Made by a program: the position numbers and the translations under genes. From Opitutales bacterium (lineage in GTDB: Bacteria > Verrucomicrobiota > Verrucomicrobiia > Opitutales > PNEW01), in the NCBI GenBank assembly GCA_965197745.1, contig CBDANS010000007.1, forward strand, positions 1,600,001-1,664,000: a stretch of 64,000 nucleotides of DNA. Reading direction: 5' to 3'. Below, piece by piece: positions 1 through 8,734 of the stretch. The notes beneath the pieces were generated by a model that made no database searches, was not told the DNA's origin, and saw only the letters and a list, made by a program, of their open reading frames with translations. Position 1 is the first letter of the stretch, and every line of letters starts with the position of its first letter.

Positions 1-2
1 TC

Positions 3-626
3 TCTGACGATTTCTACAGTTTCCGTTGTGAGAATTCTTTTATCAGTATTCGCCATTGTGCAGGGACGATCAGCAAGGAACAAGATTCTGAAAATCATCA
101 CGTAACAAATGATTTGCCCCATGTTGTGCGCCCTCCCCAGCAGGCCAACGCGATGCGCTACCAGGTAAAAGGAAATAAAATATTTTCTGGTCTTACTCGC
201 GTGGTCTGGGAGCTTGAAGAGGTGAAAGCGGGACAAGGGGGAACCTCTTTTCTCAGCGGATCTCACAAAGCAAATTTCAACTATGGAGGACCTGATCCCT
301 ATCGACCGAATATCAGTGAGTCGCCGTGGGAAGAAAGCATGCGTGAGACTATGAAGGGTTATAGCTGTCCGGCCGGATCGGTTGTTATATTTACTGAAAG
401 TCTAATCCATGCAGCCAATGAATGGACCAATCCTGATAATCCCAGGTGCGCGGTATTCAATTGTTACAACTCCCTTTGGGCTCAATGGTATCTATTGAAT
501 CTGGATCATAAGATTATTGAAAAGATGCCGGTAAAGCGACGCTCCCTCTTTCGCGGGACTTGGAAATTGGGTGAATTAAATGGTAGCGGCAACTTCCATT
601 ATTCGGCAGACAACAGAAGTCTGTAA
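3..626 (+). CDS. PhyH-like Fe(II)/2OG dioxygenase, 5'-truncated by window edge
   Basis: Frame open from nt 3 to TAA 626; GGTSFLSGSHK and PAGSVVIFTESLIHA..R motifs typical of PhyH C-terminal half. Confidence 0.75.
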   Translation, partial: SDDFYSFRCENSFISIRHCAGTISKEQDSENHHVTNDLPHVVRPPQQANAMRYQVKGNKIFSGLTRVVWELEEVKAGQGGTSFLSGSHKANFNYGGPDPYRPNISESPWEESMRETMKGYSCPAGSVVIFTESLIHAANEWTNPDNPRCAVFNCYNSLWAQWYLLNLDHKIIEKMPVKRRSLFRGTWKLGELNGSGNFHYSADNRSL

Positions 627-718
627 TTGCAGACTTCAATGCTTATTCATTCTGTATTTATCTAGACATGGATTTACACAATTAAACTCGATGGACAATG
701 AAAACGGACCAGTGAGGG

Positions 719-1599
719 ATGACTAACATAGCGATGAATATCGTCGAGCCGTTCGATGATTGCAGCGATGTCTTACAGGATCGGGATCGGCTCCTTTCGC
801 GCGCCACTGACAGTGGTACCTCTACTTTCCACGTCTCCTCCCGGCCGACGAGATAATGCGGCTGCGCCACGAGCTTCTGCAGATCCACGAGCGGCACGGC
901 TTGATCAAAGAGTGTACCGATCTGAATGCAGCCATTCACAAGGAGGGAGTCTACGTCGACGTTGAATATGAGAAGAAACCCACACCTGAGGTCAGAACAT
1001 TTTACAACGAGGTTCTCGGTTTGCGCAGCTTCAATGCGTTCTTCCATCATCCGTCCGTTTTAAACGTGCTCCAAGTCCTGCTCGGTGAAGAGATTTTGGT
1101 TCACCCGCGCGTTATCTGTCATATCGTTTTTCCACGGCGCTTCGAGCACACGGTCGAACCCCATCAGGACTTTGCCCCCGTCCGCGGGACACAGAATACC
1201 TGGACGGTCTGGATTCCTCTCGGTGACTGCGATGCCAACCTCGGAGGTGTAGCCATCGCCCGTGGCTCGAACCAACTCGGTTTTCTCGACGCGGGCAAAC
1301 TCGCTACCGGCGAGGCGTTGGACGATAAAACGGTGTGGAACTGGAATCCCTTTACCTGCGGCGACGTGCTGATGTTTCACAGCCTGGCTGTCCACCAGGG
1401 ACGCGACAACATAACCGATGATACCATTCGGCTTGCGACCAGCGCCCGCTATCAACCGGTTACTGAACCCGTGGACGAACTCGCCCTCGAGCCGCAGAGA
1501 CGGTGGGCGGAGTGGGACGAACTCTACGCCGACTGGGACCCTGACGATCCGCTCAAGTACTACTGGCAGTCGCTGCCTCTCGATGTGAGAACCTATTGA
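719..1599 (+). pseudogene. PhyH family dioxygenase with a 1-nt frameshift near 813-817
   Basis: ORF 856-1599 has PHQD, TWTVWIPLGD, GDVLMFHSLAVHQG; upstream ATG 719/734 frame (MNIVEPFDDCSDVLQDRDRLLSRATDSG) joins YLYFPRLLPADEIM only after a frame change. Confidence 0.75.
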
Positions 1600-1739
1600 G
1601 AGTATTCCTCTCCCTCGCGGTATTCTGTTCGCGAAATCAAAAAACGAACGGCGCCTGTAATATTACAGATATTTTATTCATCATAAATGAAGAAATACCC
1701 ATACCACGCTTTGAATAAAGAACACGAGTTAAGGAATTG

Positions 1740-1812
1740 TGTATTTATCAGTTGTCCAGTTTGACAACATTATCTTACTTCTTGAATATGCAGAAATTTA
1801 AAATCACGTGTT
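1740..1812 (+). repeat. Module copy A of ~73-bp TTGACA...GTT repeat (attI/promoter-like)
   Basis: TGTATTT 1740, TTGACA 1761, GTT 1810; aligns with copies at 5086, 5314, 5887. Confidence 0.8.
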
Positions 1813-1900
1813 CCGTTGTGAATCCATGCATTGACGCCATGTTGCATATCGAGATGTTCGCGACTTGAGCGCACGGGCATCCACAGTGAGTATTTCGAAA

Positions 1901-2662
1901 ATGTTACAGATTGATCTTACCAACAAGGTGGCGGTTGTCACCGGCGGCAGCGGCGAGCTGGGCCGGGTCATGGCCAGGACACTAGCGGGCTGTGGCGCGG
2001 CAGTGGCGGTGCAGTACCTGCGCGGCCGGGATCGGGCCGAGGCCGTGTGCCGGGACATCGTTAACACCGGCGGTACGGCAATGACGGTGCAGGCTGAAGT
2101 GAGCGATCTTGACTCGGTCCATGCCATGCACGGCGCGGTGGCCGAGGAGCTCGGTCACACCGACATCATCGTGAACAATGCCGTGCATCAGTACGACTGG
2201 ACCTCGGTGCTCGAACAAGCGGCGATGGATTACGAAAGCCAGTTCCGCACCTGTGTCCTGCACAATGTATTCATGGCGAAGGCCTTCGTTCCGCACATGA
2301 TCGAGCGTCAGTGGGGGCGGGTCATCGGGATCAATACCGAGTGCACCATGCGGTGCACGCCCAGTCAGTCGGCCTACATCTCAGGCAAGGCTGGACAGGA
2401 TCGTGTCTTGCGGGTACTGGCCAAGGAAGTGGGGCAGCACGGTATCACAGTCAACCAGGTGGCGCCGGGCTGGACCATCAGCGACAAGTATCGCGAAACG
2501 CCGGCGGAGGACAAAGGGTACCGGGACCTCGTACCCATGGGGCGTCGCGGTGAGGACCAGGAGATCGCCAACGCCGTTGCCTTCCTGGCCTCCGATCTCG
2601 CCGCCTTTATCACCGGGCTGTACCTGCCTGTCTGCGGCGGCAACGTCATGCCCGGGATCTAA
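1901..2662 (+). CDS. Short-chain dehydrogenase/reductase (FabG-like)
   Basis: VTGGSGELG, IIVNNA, YISGK (YxxxK), ITVNQVAPG; ATG at 1901. Confidence 0.9.
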   Translation: MLQIDLTNKVAVVTGGSGELGRVMARTLAGCGAAVAVQYLRGRDRAEAVCRDIVNTGGTAMTVQAEVSDLDSVHAMHGAVAEELGHTDIIVNNAVHQYDWTSVLEQAAMDYESQFRTCVLHNVFMAKAFVPHMIERQWGRVIGINTECTMRCTPSQSAYISGKAGQDRVLRVLAKEVGQHGITVNQVAPGWTISDKYRETPAEDKGYRDLVPMGRRGEDQEIANAVAFLASDLAAFITGLYLPVCGGNVMPGI

Positions 2663-2675
2663 GAGGTATTTATCG

Positions 2676-3469
2676 ATGCAACAGCTGAACCAGGAACAAC
2701 TCGATCATTTTGAAGGTGAAGGCTATATCATCCTTCCCGGTTTCTTCGGTGAAGCTGAAGTGCAGGAGCTCCTCGAGACGATGAGAAGAATCCTGCCAAC
2801 AATCAAACGTGGGACGCCGGCGACAGGCCATGATCCCCGGACTCAAGAACCGGGTGATGACTTGAATCCGCTGAGAGTCAGTTATATCAACGACCTGTTC
2901 GAGTATGACCAGAGGCTTGACGACCATATGAGGAGTGAGCGTCTAGTTAGTGTTCTGATGGATCTTTTCGGTCCGGATATTACAGCCTTCCAATCCGCCA
3001 CAGTGATTAAAACCCCTCATCTCAATTTTGACTACCATGGCTGGCATCAGGATATGTATGATTATCAGCCACTATCAAATTTCAATAATGCAAATGCAAT
3101 GACTTATCTAGGGGATATGGGACCGGGCACCGGCAGTACTTCACTTGTCCCCGGAAGCCACCTTGTCGGAATCCTTCAGCCGGTGTGGGAGGATGTTGAG
3201 GGCTGGCCCAAAAAACAGAGACGGCTTGAAGGTTTCGAAAATACGAGGCGGATGTTGTTACGCCTCACTTCAGATCCGGTGACGTTCTTGTTTTTGATTC
3301 CAGACTGATGCATCGGGCTAACTCAAATGCTGACGACGCAACAAAAATCGGACTGGTAAACGTATTTCAATCTGCGGATTGTATTGACATAGATGGAAAG
3401 AACGATTTCCACGTCGCGAATCTACCGATTGCCAGTCAAGGTAAAGTCCCACAAGCGAAGAGAGCATGA
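2676..3469 (+). pseudogene. PhyH family dioxygenase, frameshift at ~3240
   Basis: FEGEGYIILPG, WHQD, LVPGSH; continuation KYEADVVTPHFRSGDVLVFDSRLMHRANSN in another frame after GAAAATAC, ending TGA 3469. Confidence 0.8.
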
Positions 3470-3540
3470 AGATGGTGGCAGAGAGGCACCCAGTTAGATA
3501 GTTACCGAACAGTTTCGCGACGACGTCAAGGATGTGGAAC

Positions 3541-3611
3541 GGGGTCAGGCATTGGAATCGGTTGGGTTACATCGAGAGCGAAACCTTTTCCCTCGATCCC
3601 TTGACCCCTTT
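3541..3611. repeat. REP-like inverted pair GGGGTCAGG...CCTTGACCCCTTT
   Basis: Inverted GGGGTCA/TGACCCC arms; same motif at ~5300, ~5863, 10934-10992, ~12570. Confidence 0.6.
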
Positions 3612-3619
3612 ATTAATCT

Positions 3620-3696
3620 TCTACGCCGACTGGGCTCCAGATGATCCGCTCAAGTACTACTGGCAATCGCTACCCCTGGATGTGCAAACGTATTGA
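3620..3696 (+). pseudogene. 77-bp 3' relic of a paralog of the 719-1599 PhyH gene
   Basis: Aligns with 1523-1599 (YADWAPDDPLKYYWQSLPLDVQTY*), 11 differences mostly at third codon positions. Confidence 0.85.
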
Positions 3697-3770
3697 AAGT
3701 TTTATTCGCGAACGCTCCCTTTTAGCTTCCCCCGGAATTACCAAAGATGTCATGCTAAGTGGAGAAAGCG

Positions 3771-4952
3771 ATGAAGCGCCCACACTACAATAAAGATCTG
3801 GATGTTCGCATAGTGGGAGTGGAAGATTTACCGCAAGCCCGTCAAGTGGCCGGACGCGCTTATGGTATGCACTGCGAAGATTGGTACAGGATGGAGACAA
3901 TCCTGGGTGGATTCGATAAGACCGGGACACTGGTTTGTGTCCTGAATTTTCAACCCGAATCGCTGTGGTGGGGTCACGCACAGATTCCTGCCAGGGCCAT
4001 CGAGTGTGTGGCTACCGATCCCAAGCATCAGGGGCGCGGACACACCGGAGGGCTCATGGTGCAGGCTATTCACATTCTACGAGAGCGGGGATGCTATATC
4101 TGTCCACTATGGCCTTCTTCCTTCAGGTGGTACGGTAAATTTGGTTGGGTCAGCCCCGCACCTGTCTTAGGGTTGAAAGTATGGCCAGATCTGATGCGTC
4201 AGACCAACCCAACTCCGGAGACAATACGCCAGGCAACATCCGATGATGTGATGGCCGTTATCCGGTTGTACACGGAAGGGGCACAGTTGCGAAACGGACA
4301 ATCCGTGCGTTCGGAGAGCTTTTGGCTAAAGGAGGAGATATTGCATCAGCTTTGGGTGCTGGAGGGTGAGAGCAGCGGCTTGGACTGTTGCGCCATAGTC
4401 AAACTAGAGGATATACGGCAAGCCCAGGGGAAAAGAGTCACCGTGCGAGAATTGCACGGAGCCACCTTTGCTTCCCAACTGCGCTTGGTCCTGTCCCTGG
4501 CTGAGCTGGACCGAGTCGTCGCCCTGAATCTCGAGCTGCCGGCTGGCAGTCTGTTTCTTCACGCCTTTCCCGAACGTTTTGACATTGCCGTCAACCATGC
4601 CATGGCACTGAGGGTGCTGCATGTGGAACGGGCCTTGGAGCATCTCAAGCCACCCGATGATTTGCGGGTACAGGTTTCCTTCGAGGTGACCGATTGGGTG
4701 ATCGATGCCGACAAGCCGTTGGCAGTGACGGCCCAGGTGGAAGAAGGAGATGTGGAGGTGGTCGATAAGGCGGGTAAGGATGCGCTACGTTGCGATATCT
4801 ATACCTTCACACAATTATTTGCAGGTGGCTTGACGGCGGCTGAGGCCCGGGGGTTGAGCCGCCTGGAGGGCGGCAATCCAGCGGTGGATGCAGCCTGTGA
4901 TGCCTTGCTGACTGGGCGCGTGCCGTATCGCTCATGGGTCGAAGCCGGTTAG
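3771..4952 (+). CDS. Eis-like GNAT acetyltransferase with C-terminal SCP2-like domain
   Basis: VATDPKHQGRG acetyl-CoA motif, LWPSSFRWYGKFGW, LRVLHVERALE, C-terminal CDIYTFTQLFAG. Confidence 0.8.
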   Translation: MKRPHYNKDLDVRIVGVEDLPQARQVAGRAYGMHCEDWYRMETILGGFDKTGTLVCVLNFQPESLWWGHAQIPARAIECVATDPKHQGRGHTGGLMVQAIHILRERGCYICPLWPSSFRWYGKFGWVSPAPVLGLKVWPDLMRQTNPTPETIRQATSDDVMAVIRLYTEGAQLRNGQSVRSESFWLKEEILHQLWVLEGESSGLDCCAIVKLEDIRQAQGKRVTVRELHGATFASQLRLVLSLAELDRVVALNLELPAGSLFLHAFPERFDIAVNHAMALRVLHVERALEHLKPPDDLRVQVSFEVTDWVIDADKPLAVTAQVEEGDVEVVDKAGKDALRCDIYTFTQLFAGGLTAAEARGLSRLEGGNPAVDAACDALLTGRVPYRSWVEAG

Positions 4953-5085
4953 AGCAAACATGTATATGACCGGATTGGGATTCACAATCGATAAAATCGG
5001 ATCGTAATCTCACGTAACTAATAGCACGACACAACTAACCAGTTGTTGCAATTGACTGACATCTTTTTATTCCTGCAGAAAATTT

Positions 5086-5158
5086 TGTATTCGCCAGTTG
5101 CCAATCTTGACAACATTATCCCCACACACGAATTTACTGAACTTTAGAATCAATTGTT
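5086..5158 (+). repeat. Module copy B of TTGACA...GTT repeat
   Basis: TTGACA 5107, GTT 5156. Confidence 0.85.
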
Positions 5159-5227
5159 GTAAGTAAAACAATCCAAATCGAAATCGGAATCGATCCCGAA
5201 AGCGATTTCGATCCCGATGAAAGAAAA

Positions 5228-5284
5228 TCACAACCAGACGGTGAAGGCAACGACTAACGGCGTGCTTCACTTTTAGCATTAATA
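5228..5284 (+). other. Degenerate integron attC site
   Basis: R'' TCACAAC 5228, L'' GTGAAG 5241 / L' CTTCAC 5265, R' position reads ATT instead of GTT at 5278. Confidence 0.55.
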
Positions 5285-5313
5285 GGTAAATTACTTAAAA
5301 GGGAGTCAGGCGG

Positions 5314-5386
5314 TGTATTTATTAGTTACCAACCTTGACAACATTGTCCCCATTCGCGAATTTACAGAACTTTAGAAACACTTGTT
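5314..5386 (+). repeat. Module copy C of TTGACA...GTT repeat
   Basis: TTGACA 5335, GTT 5384. Confidence 0.85.
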
Positions 5387-5396
5387 AGGAGGCGCT

Positions 5397-5822
5397 ATGG
5401 AGTTTCTGGCACTCTATTATGTGGTCGCCGATGCCATACTTATTACGCATGTACTGTTCGTAGTCTTTGTTGTGCTCGGCTTGATTCTTATCTTCGTAGG
5501 TAAGTTTCTATCATGGCATTGGGTCAGAAATCCGTGGTTCCGTGTCACACATTTATTAGGAATTGGCGTTGTCGTTTTGCAATCCTGGTTCGGTGTCATT
5601 TGCCCGCTGACGATCTGGGAAATGGATCTACGATCGAAAGCGGGGGAAACTGTCTACGAGGGTTACTTCATAACGCACTGGTTAAACGAACTCTTGTACT
5701 ATCAAGCCCCATCGTGGGTTTTTGTGGTTTGTTACACAGTCTTTGGTGGGCTGGCGTTGTCTAGCTGGTTTTTGGTGCGACCGCGTGTATTTTCGGCAGG
5801 GTTTCAGAGTGGTGCCTCCTAA
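5397..5822 (+). CDS. DUF2784-like membrane protein in an integron-type gene cassette
   Basis: H-x-LFVVFVVLG, FRVTHL, CPLTIWE, FITHW..LLYY pattern; flanked by GTTAGGAGGC (5384) and its reverse complement GCCTCCTAAC (5814). Confidence 0.8.
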   Translation: MEFLALYYVVADAILITHVLFVVFVVLGLILIFVGKFLSWHWVRNPWFRVTHLLGIGVVVLQSWFGVICPLTIWEMDLRSKAGETVYEGYFITHWLNELLYYQAPSWVFVVCYTVFGGLALSSWFLVRPRVFSAGFQSGAS

Positions 5823-5886
5823 CAAGTCAATCAACTTCGCGCATTCGGTGTTAAATTACAGAAGGGGTCAGGCTTGGCTAGAAAAC

Positions 5887-5959
5887 TGTATTTATAAATT
5901 ACCAACCTTGACAACATTATCCCCATTCTCGAATTTACAGAACTTTAAAATCACTTGTT
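5887..5959 (+). repeat. Module copy D of TTGACA...GTT repeat
   Basis: TTGACA 5908, GTT 5957. Confidence 0.85.
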
Positions 5960-6070
5960 GTATGCCCTATCCCAGACAGTTCGCAGGTCCGCTCGAAGCA
6001 ATGCTAGCTACACACGACGTGGCGTTTTTCTCGCAAACGGTGTTGAAGAGGGGAAAGGAGAAAAAAGTAA

Positions 6071-7087
6071 GTGACCGCTAAGTACCGTGCATTAATAATT
6101 GGACCGGGTGGGGCCGGCACGGCGGTGATGAATGCGATGAAGGAAGACGGCCGGGGCGAGCCGGTGGCCTTCGTGGAAACGCGGAAGGAACGCATCGAGC
6201 AATTGAAAGAGAAGTATCCCGACGCCATCATTGGCACCGATTTTTTGAAAGTACTGCAGATCTGCAAGCCGGATGTCGTCGTCGCTGCCGGACCGGACTT
6301 CCTGCACGGCCCGCAGTGCCTGGCCGCACTGGAGGCGGGCTGCCACGTGCTCATTGAAAAACCCATGGCGACCAGCGTGGAAGACGCAAGAATGCTTCTG
6401 GAGGCCGAGGAACGCACCGGCAAGATCATCATGGTCGACTACACCATGCGGTATTCACATCCCTGGGGCACGATGATGCAGGCGGCCAGGGAAGGGCGGA
6501 TCGGTAAGATCTTTTATCTGGCGGGCTTCTACATCCACGACATGTGGAACTGGTACGACGAGAAGGGCAAGAATTGTACCCCGTGGCGGGTCGATAAAGA
6601 TAACCCGCAGAACATTCTGTTCGGTGGCGGGTGCCACGGGTTGGACATGGTTCTATATGTTATGGAAAATGACCCGGTCACCGAGGTTTATTGTTGCGGT
6701 AATCGTTTGTCAGGCTCCAACATGCCCATCGAGGACTGCTTCCTGGTCTCGATGAAGTTCGAGAGCGGCGCCGTCGGCAAGGTATTTGTCACAGCCGGCT
6801 GCAATCGTGGCGATATGGGAAATATGTTCGAGGCTTACGGTACTGACGGGACGCTCGTCGACGGCAGACTGCTTCGGCGTACGTCCGAGCCCGAGCTGTT
6901 GCCGCAGTCCAGCAACATTCAAAAAGGCCACGGCTGGAACCTGACCGTCCGCGACTTCCTGGACGTGTTGGATGGAAAGCGGGAGAACTGGATGAACTCA
7001 ACCTTCGGCGCCCGGAACGTGTCGATCTGCGATGCCGCCATGAAATCACTGAGGACAGGCAACGTCGAGACGGTGACGTGGTTCTGA
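6071..7087 (+). CDS. Gfo/Idh/MocA family oxidoreductase
   Basis: IIGPGGAG, HVLIEKPMA, GCHGLD. Confidence 0.9.
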   Translation: MTAKYRALIIGPGGAGTAVMNAMKEDGRGEPVAFVETRKERIEQLKEKYPDAIIGTDFLKVLQICKPDVVVAAGPDFLHGPQCLAALEAGCHVLIEKPMATSVEDARMLLEAEERTGKIIMVDYTMRYSHPWGTMMQAAREGRIGKIFYLAGFYIHDMWNWYDEKGKNCTPWRVDKDNPQNILFGGGCHGLDMVLYVMENDPVTEVYCCGNRLSGSNMPIEDCFLVSMKFESGAVGKVFVTAGCNRGDMGNMFEAYGTDGTLVDGRLLRRTSEPELLPQSSNIQKGHGWNLTVRDFLDVLDGKRENWMNSTFGARNVSICDAAMKSLRTGNVETVTWF

Positions 7088-7123
7088 GTGGACTTGACAC
7101 GCGCAATTCAGGGAGAATGTTAT

Positions 7124-8176
7124 ATGGCCATTGGTGTAGGAGTCATCGGTATGAATCCGACCAACATGGGATCAACCATGACCCTGTTGAAGGATGTGCC
7201 AGACCTGAATTTTGAGCTACGGGGCATCTGCGCTCAACGGGCAGAGGTCCTGGAAGCGTACGCCAAACAGATCGGCGTCGACTTTTGGACGACGGACTTT
7301 CGGGAATTAGTGAGCCGCGGCGACATCGATGTGGTTGCCGTATACTCCCCCGATCACCTCCACGCCGAACACTGTCTGGCCGCGGTTGAAGCGGGCAAGC
7401 ATGTCCTCTGCACCAAACCGATGGTGACAAACCTGGACGACGCCAAAAAGCTTGTGGGTGCGGTTAATAGAAAAGGGGTCAAATTTCTGGTCGGTCAGTC
7501 GATGCGTTTCGATTCCCAGTTCCTGACGATGCGTCGCCATTTCGACGATGGCGACCTGGGTGAGATCATGGTCGCCGAGGCCTACTACGTCCATGATATG
7601 CGCGAGGTTTATGGTTTCACGCCCTGGCGTTTAAGCGTCCCCCAGGACATGATGTTCGGCGGAGTCGTTCATCCGGTGGACATTTTACGCTGTTTCCTGG
7701 GCGACGTGGAGGAAGTGCACGCCTACGGCGCAAAAGGAAAACTCACCCCTGAATTCCCATTACCGAACAATTTCTTCCTCAATCTGAAGTTCAGCAGCGG
7801 GCAAATCGGTCGTGCAATGGGACTCTATGACGTTGTGCATCCGCCCATGCCCATGATGCAGGTATTGCTCTACGGCGCCAAAGGAACGATGATCGGAGAC
7901 TTCACCGATAATAAAGGCGGGCAAGTCAAGCTCATGTCGGATAAAATGTCAGCGAGAGAACCGCTGCAGATGACATGTCCTCCGGAAACAGATACCAGCG
8001 TTTACGGTCATGGCCAATCTGTGATCCGCTACATGCGACATCTTCAGGAATGTATTGAGGGTGATCTAGAACCAACGCCTAATGTGGTCGAAGGGGCTAA
8101 GTCGGTGGCCGTTGGAGTAGCAGCATGGGAATCGATTCAGACGGGCAGTCCGGTGAAGGTGTTCAACGAATTTTGA
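7124..8176 (+). CDS. Gfo/Idh/MocA family oxidoreductase
   Basis: GVGVIG, SPDHLHAEH, GKHVLCTKPM, HPVD; ATG 7124 after GGAG. Confidence 0.9.
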   Translation: MAIGVGVIGMNPTNMGSTMTLLKDVPDLNFELRGICAQRAEVLEAYAKQIGVDFWTTDFRELVSRGDIDVVAVYSPDHLHAEHCLAAVEAGKHVLCTKPMVTNLDDAKKLVGAVNRKGVKFLVGQSMRFDSQFLTMRRHFDDGDLGEIMVAEAYYVHDMREVYGFTPWRLSVPQDMMFGGVVHPVDILRCFLGDVEEVHAYGAKGKLTPEFPLPNNFFLNLKFSSGQIGRAMGLYDVVHPPMPMMQVLLYGAKGTMIGDFTDNKGGQVKLMSDKMSAREPLQMTCPPETDTSVYGHGQSVIRYMRHLQECIEGDLEPTPNVVEGAKSVAVGVAAWESIQTGSPVKVFNEF

Positions 8177-8185
8177 GGGGATCGT

Positions 8186-8734
8186 ATGGAAGTCAAGCAA
8201 CTCAAACCGCCGCAACTTAAAATGCGCTGCAATCGACTCGAAGCATTGCCACCGGTCAAACTGCCGCCTGGCTACAGTCTGTGCACTCTCGTGGAACGGG
8301 ATGTAGCGGATTGGATAGATGCTTTGAACGCGACAGGTCAGTTGGGTGAATGGGATGATGATGCGGCTCGAAAGTGGCTGGAAGGGGAACGTCACGTCAT
8401 CAAGGAAGGCGTATTTATCATCACCTTCGCAGGCCGGCCAGTGGCCACCGCCAGCACCGTGGATCCTGCGCCCGGTGCGGTAAGGTTTGAGTTGGGTTGG
8501 GTTTCCGTCTCCCCTGACCACCAGGCAAAAGGATTGGGTTATCAGGTATCTCTGGCGGTCATGCACTACACCTATAAATTGGGATACTCAGAAACATACC
8601 TGTTCACCGACGACTGGCGCCTGCCTGCAGTTAAGACCTATTTGAATTTGGGTTTCGAACCCGAAATCATCCACGAGAGCCACCCCGCGAGATGGAAGGC
8701 TGTGTATGAAACGCTCGGTGTAAATGAAAACTAA
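8186..8734 (+). CDS. GNAT family N-acetyltransferase
   Basis: LGWVSVSPDHQAKGLG, TDDWRLPAVKTYLNLGF. Confidence 0.85.
   Translation: MEVKQLKPPQLKMRCNRLEALPPVKLPPGYSLCTLVERDVADWIDALNATGQLGEWDDDAARKWLEGERHVIKEGVFIITFAGRPVATASTVDPAPGAVRFELGWVSVSPDHQAKGLGYQVSLAVMHYTYKLGYSETYLFTDDWRLPAVKTYLNLGFEPEIIHESHPARWKAVYETLGVNEN

Noticed and set aside
2403..2675. N-terminal extension of the 301-aa ORF overlapping the SDR
   Set aside because: Shadow frame; real start is ATG 2676 after GAGG.
5033..5060. AACTAACCAGTTGTTGCAATTGAC as another attC left arm
   Set aside because: Resembles one, but no right arm or associated ORF could be found; too weak to call.
5086..5959. The repeated modules as CRISPR repeats or attC sites
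   Set aside because: Too long with irregular, gene-sized spacing, and no internal dyad symmetry linking an RYYYAAC to the terminal GTT.
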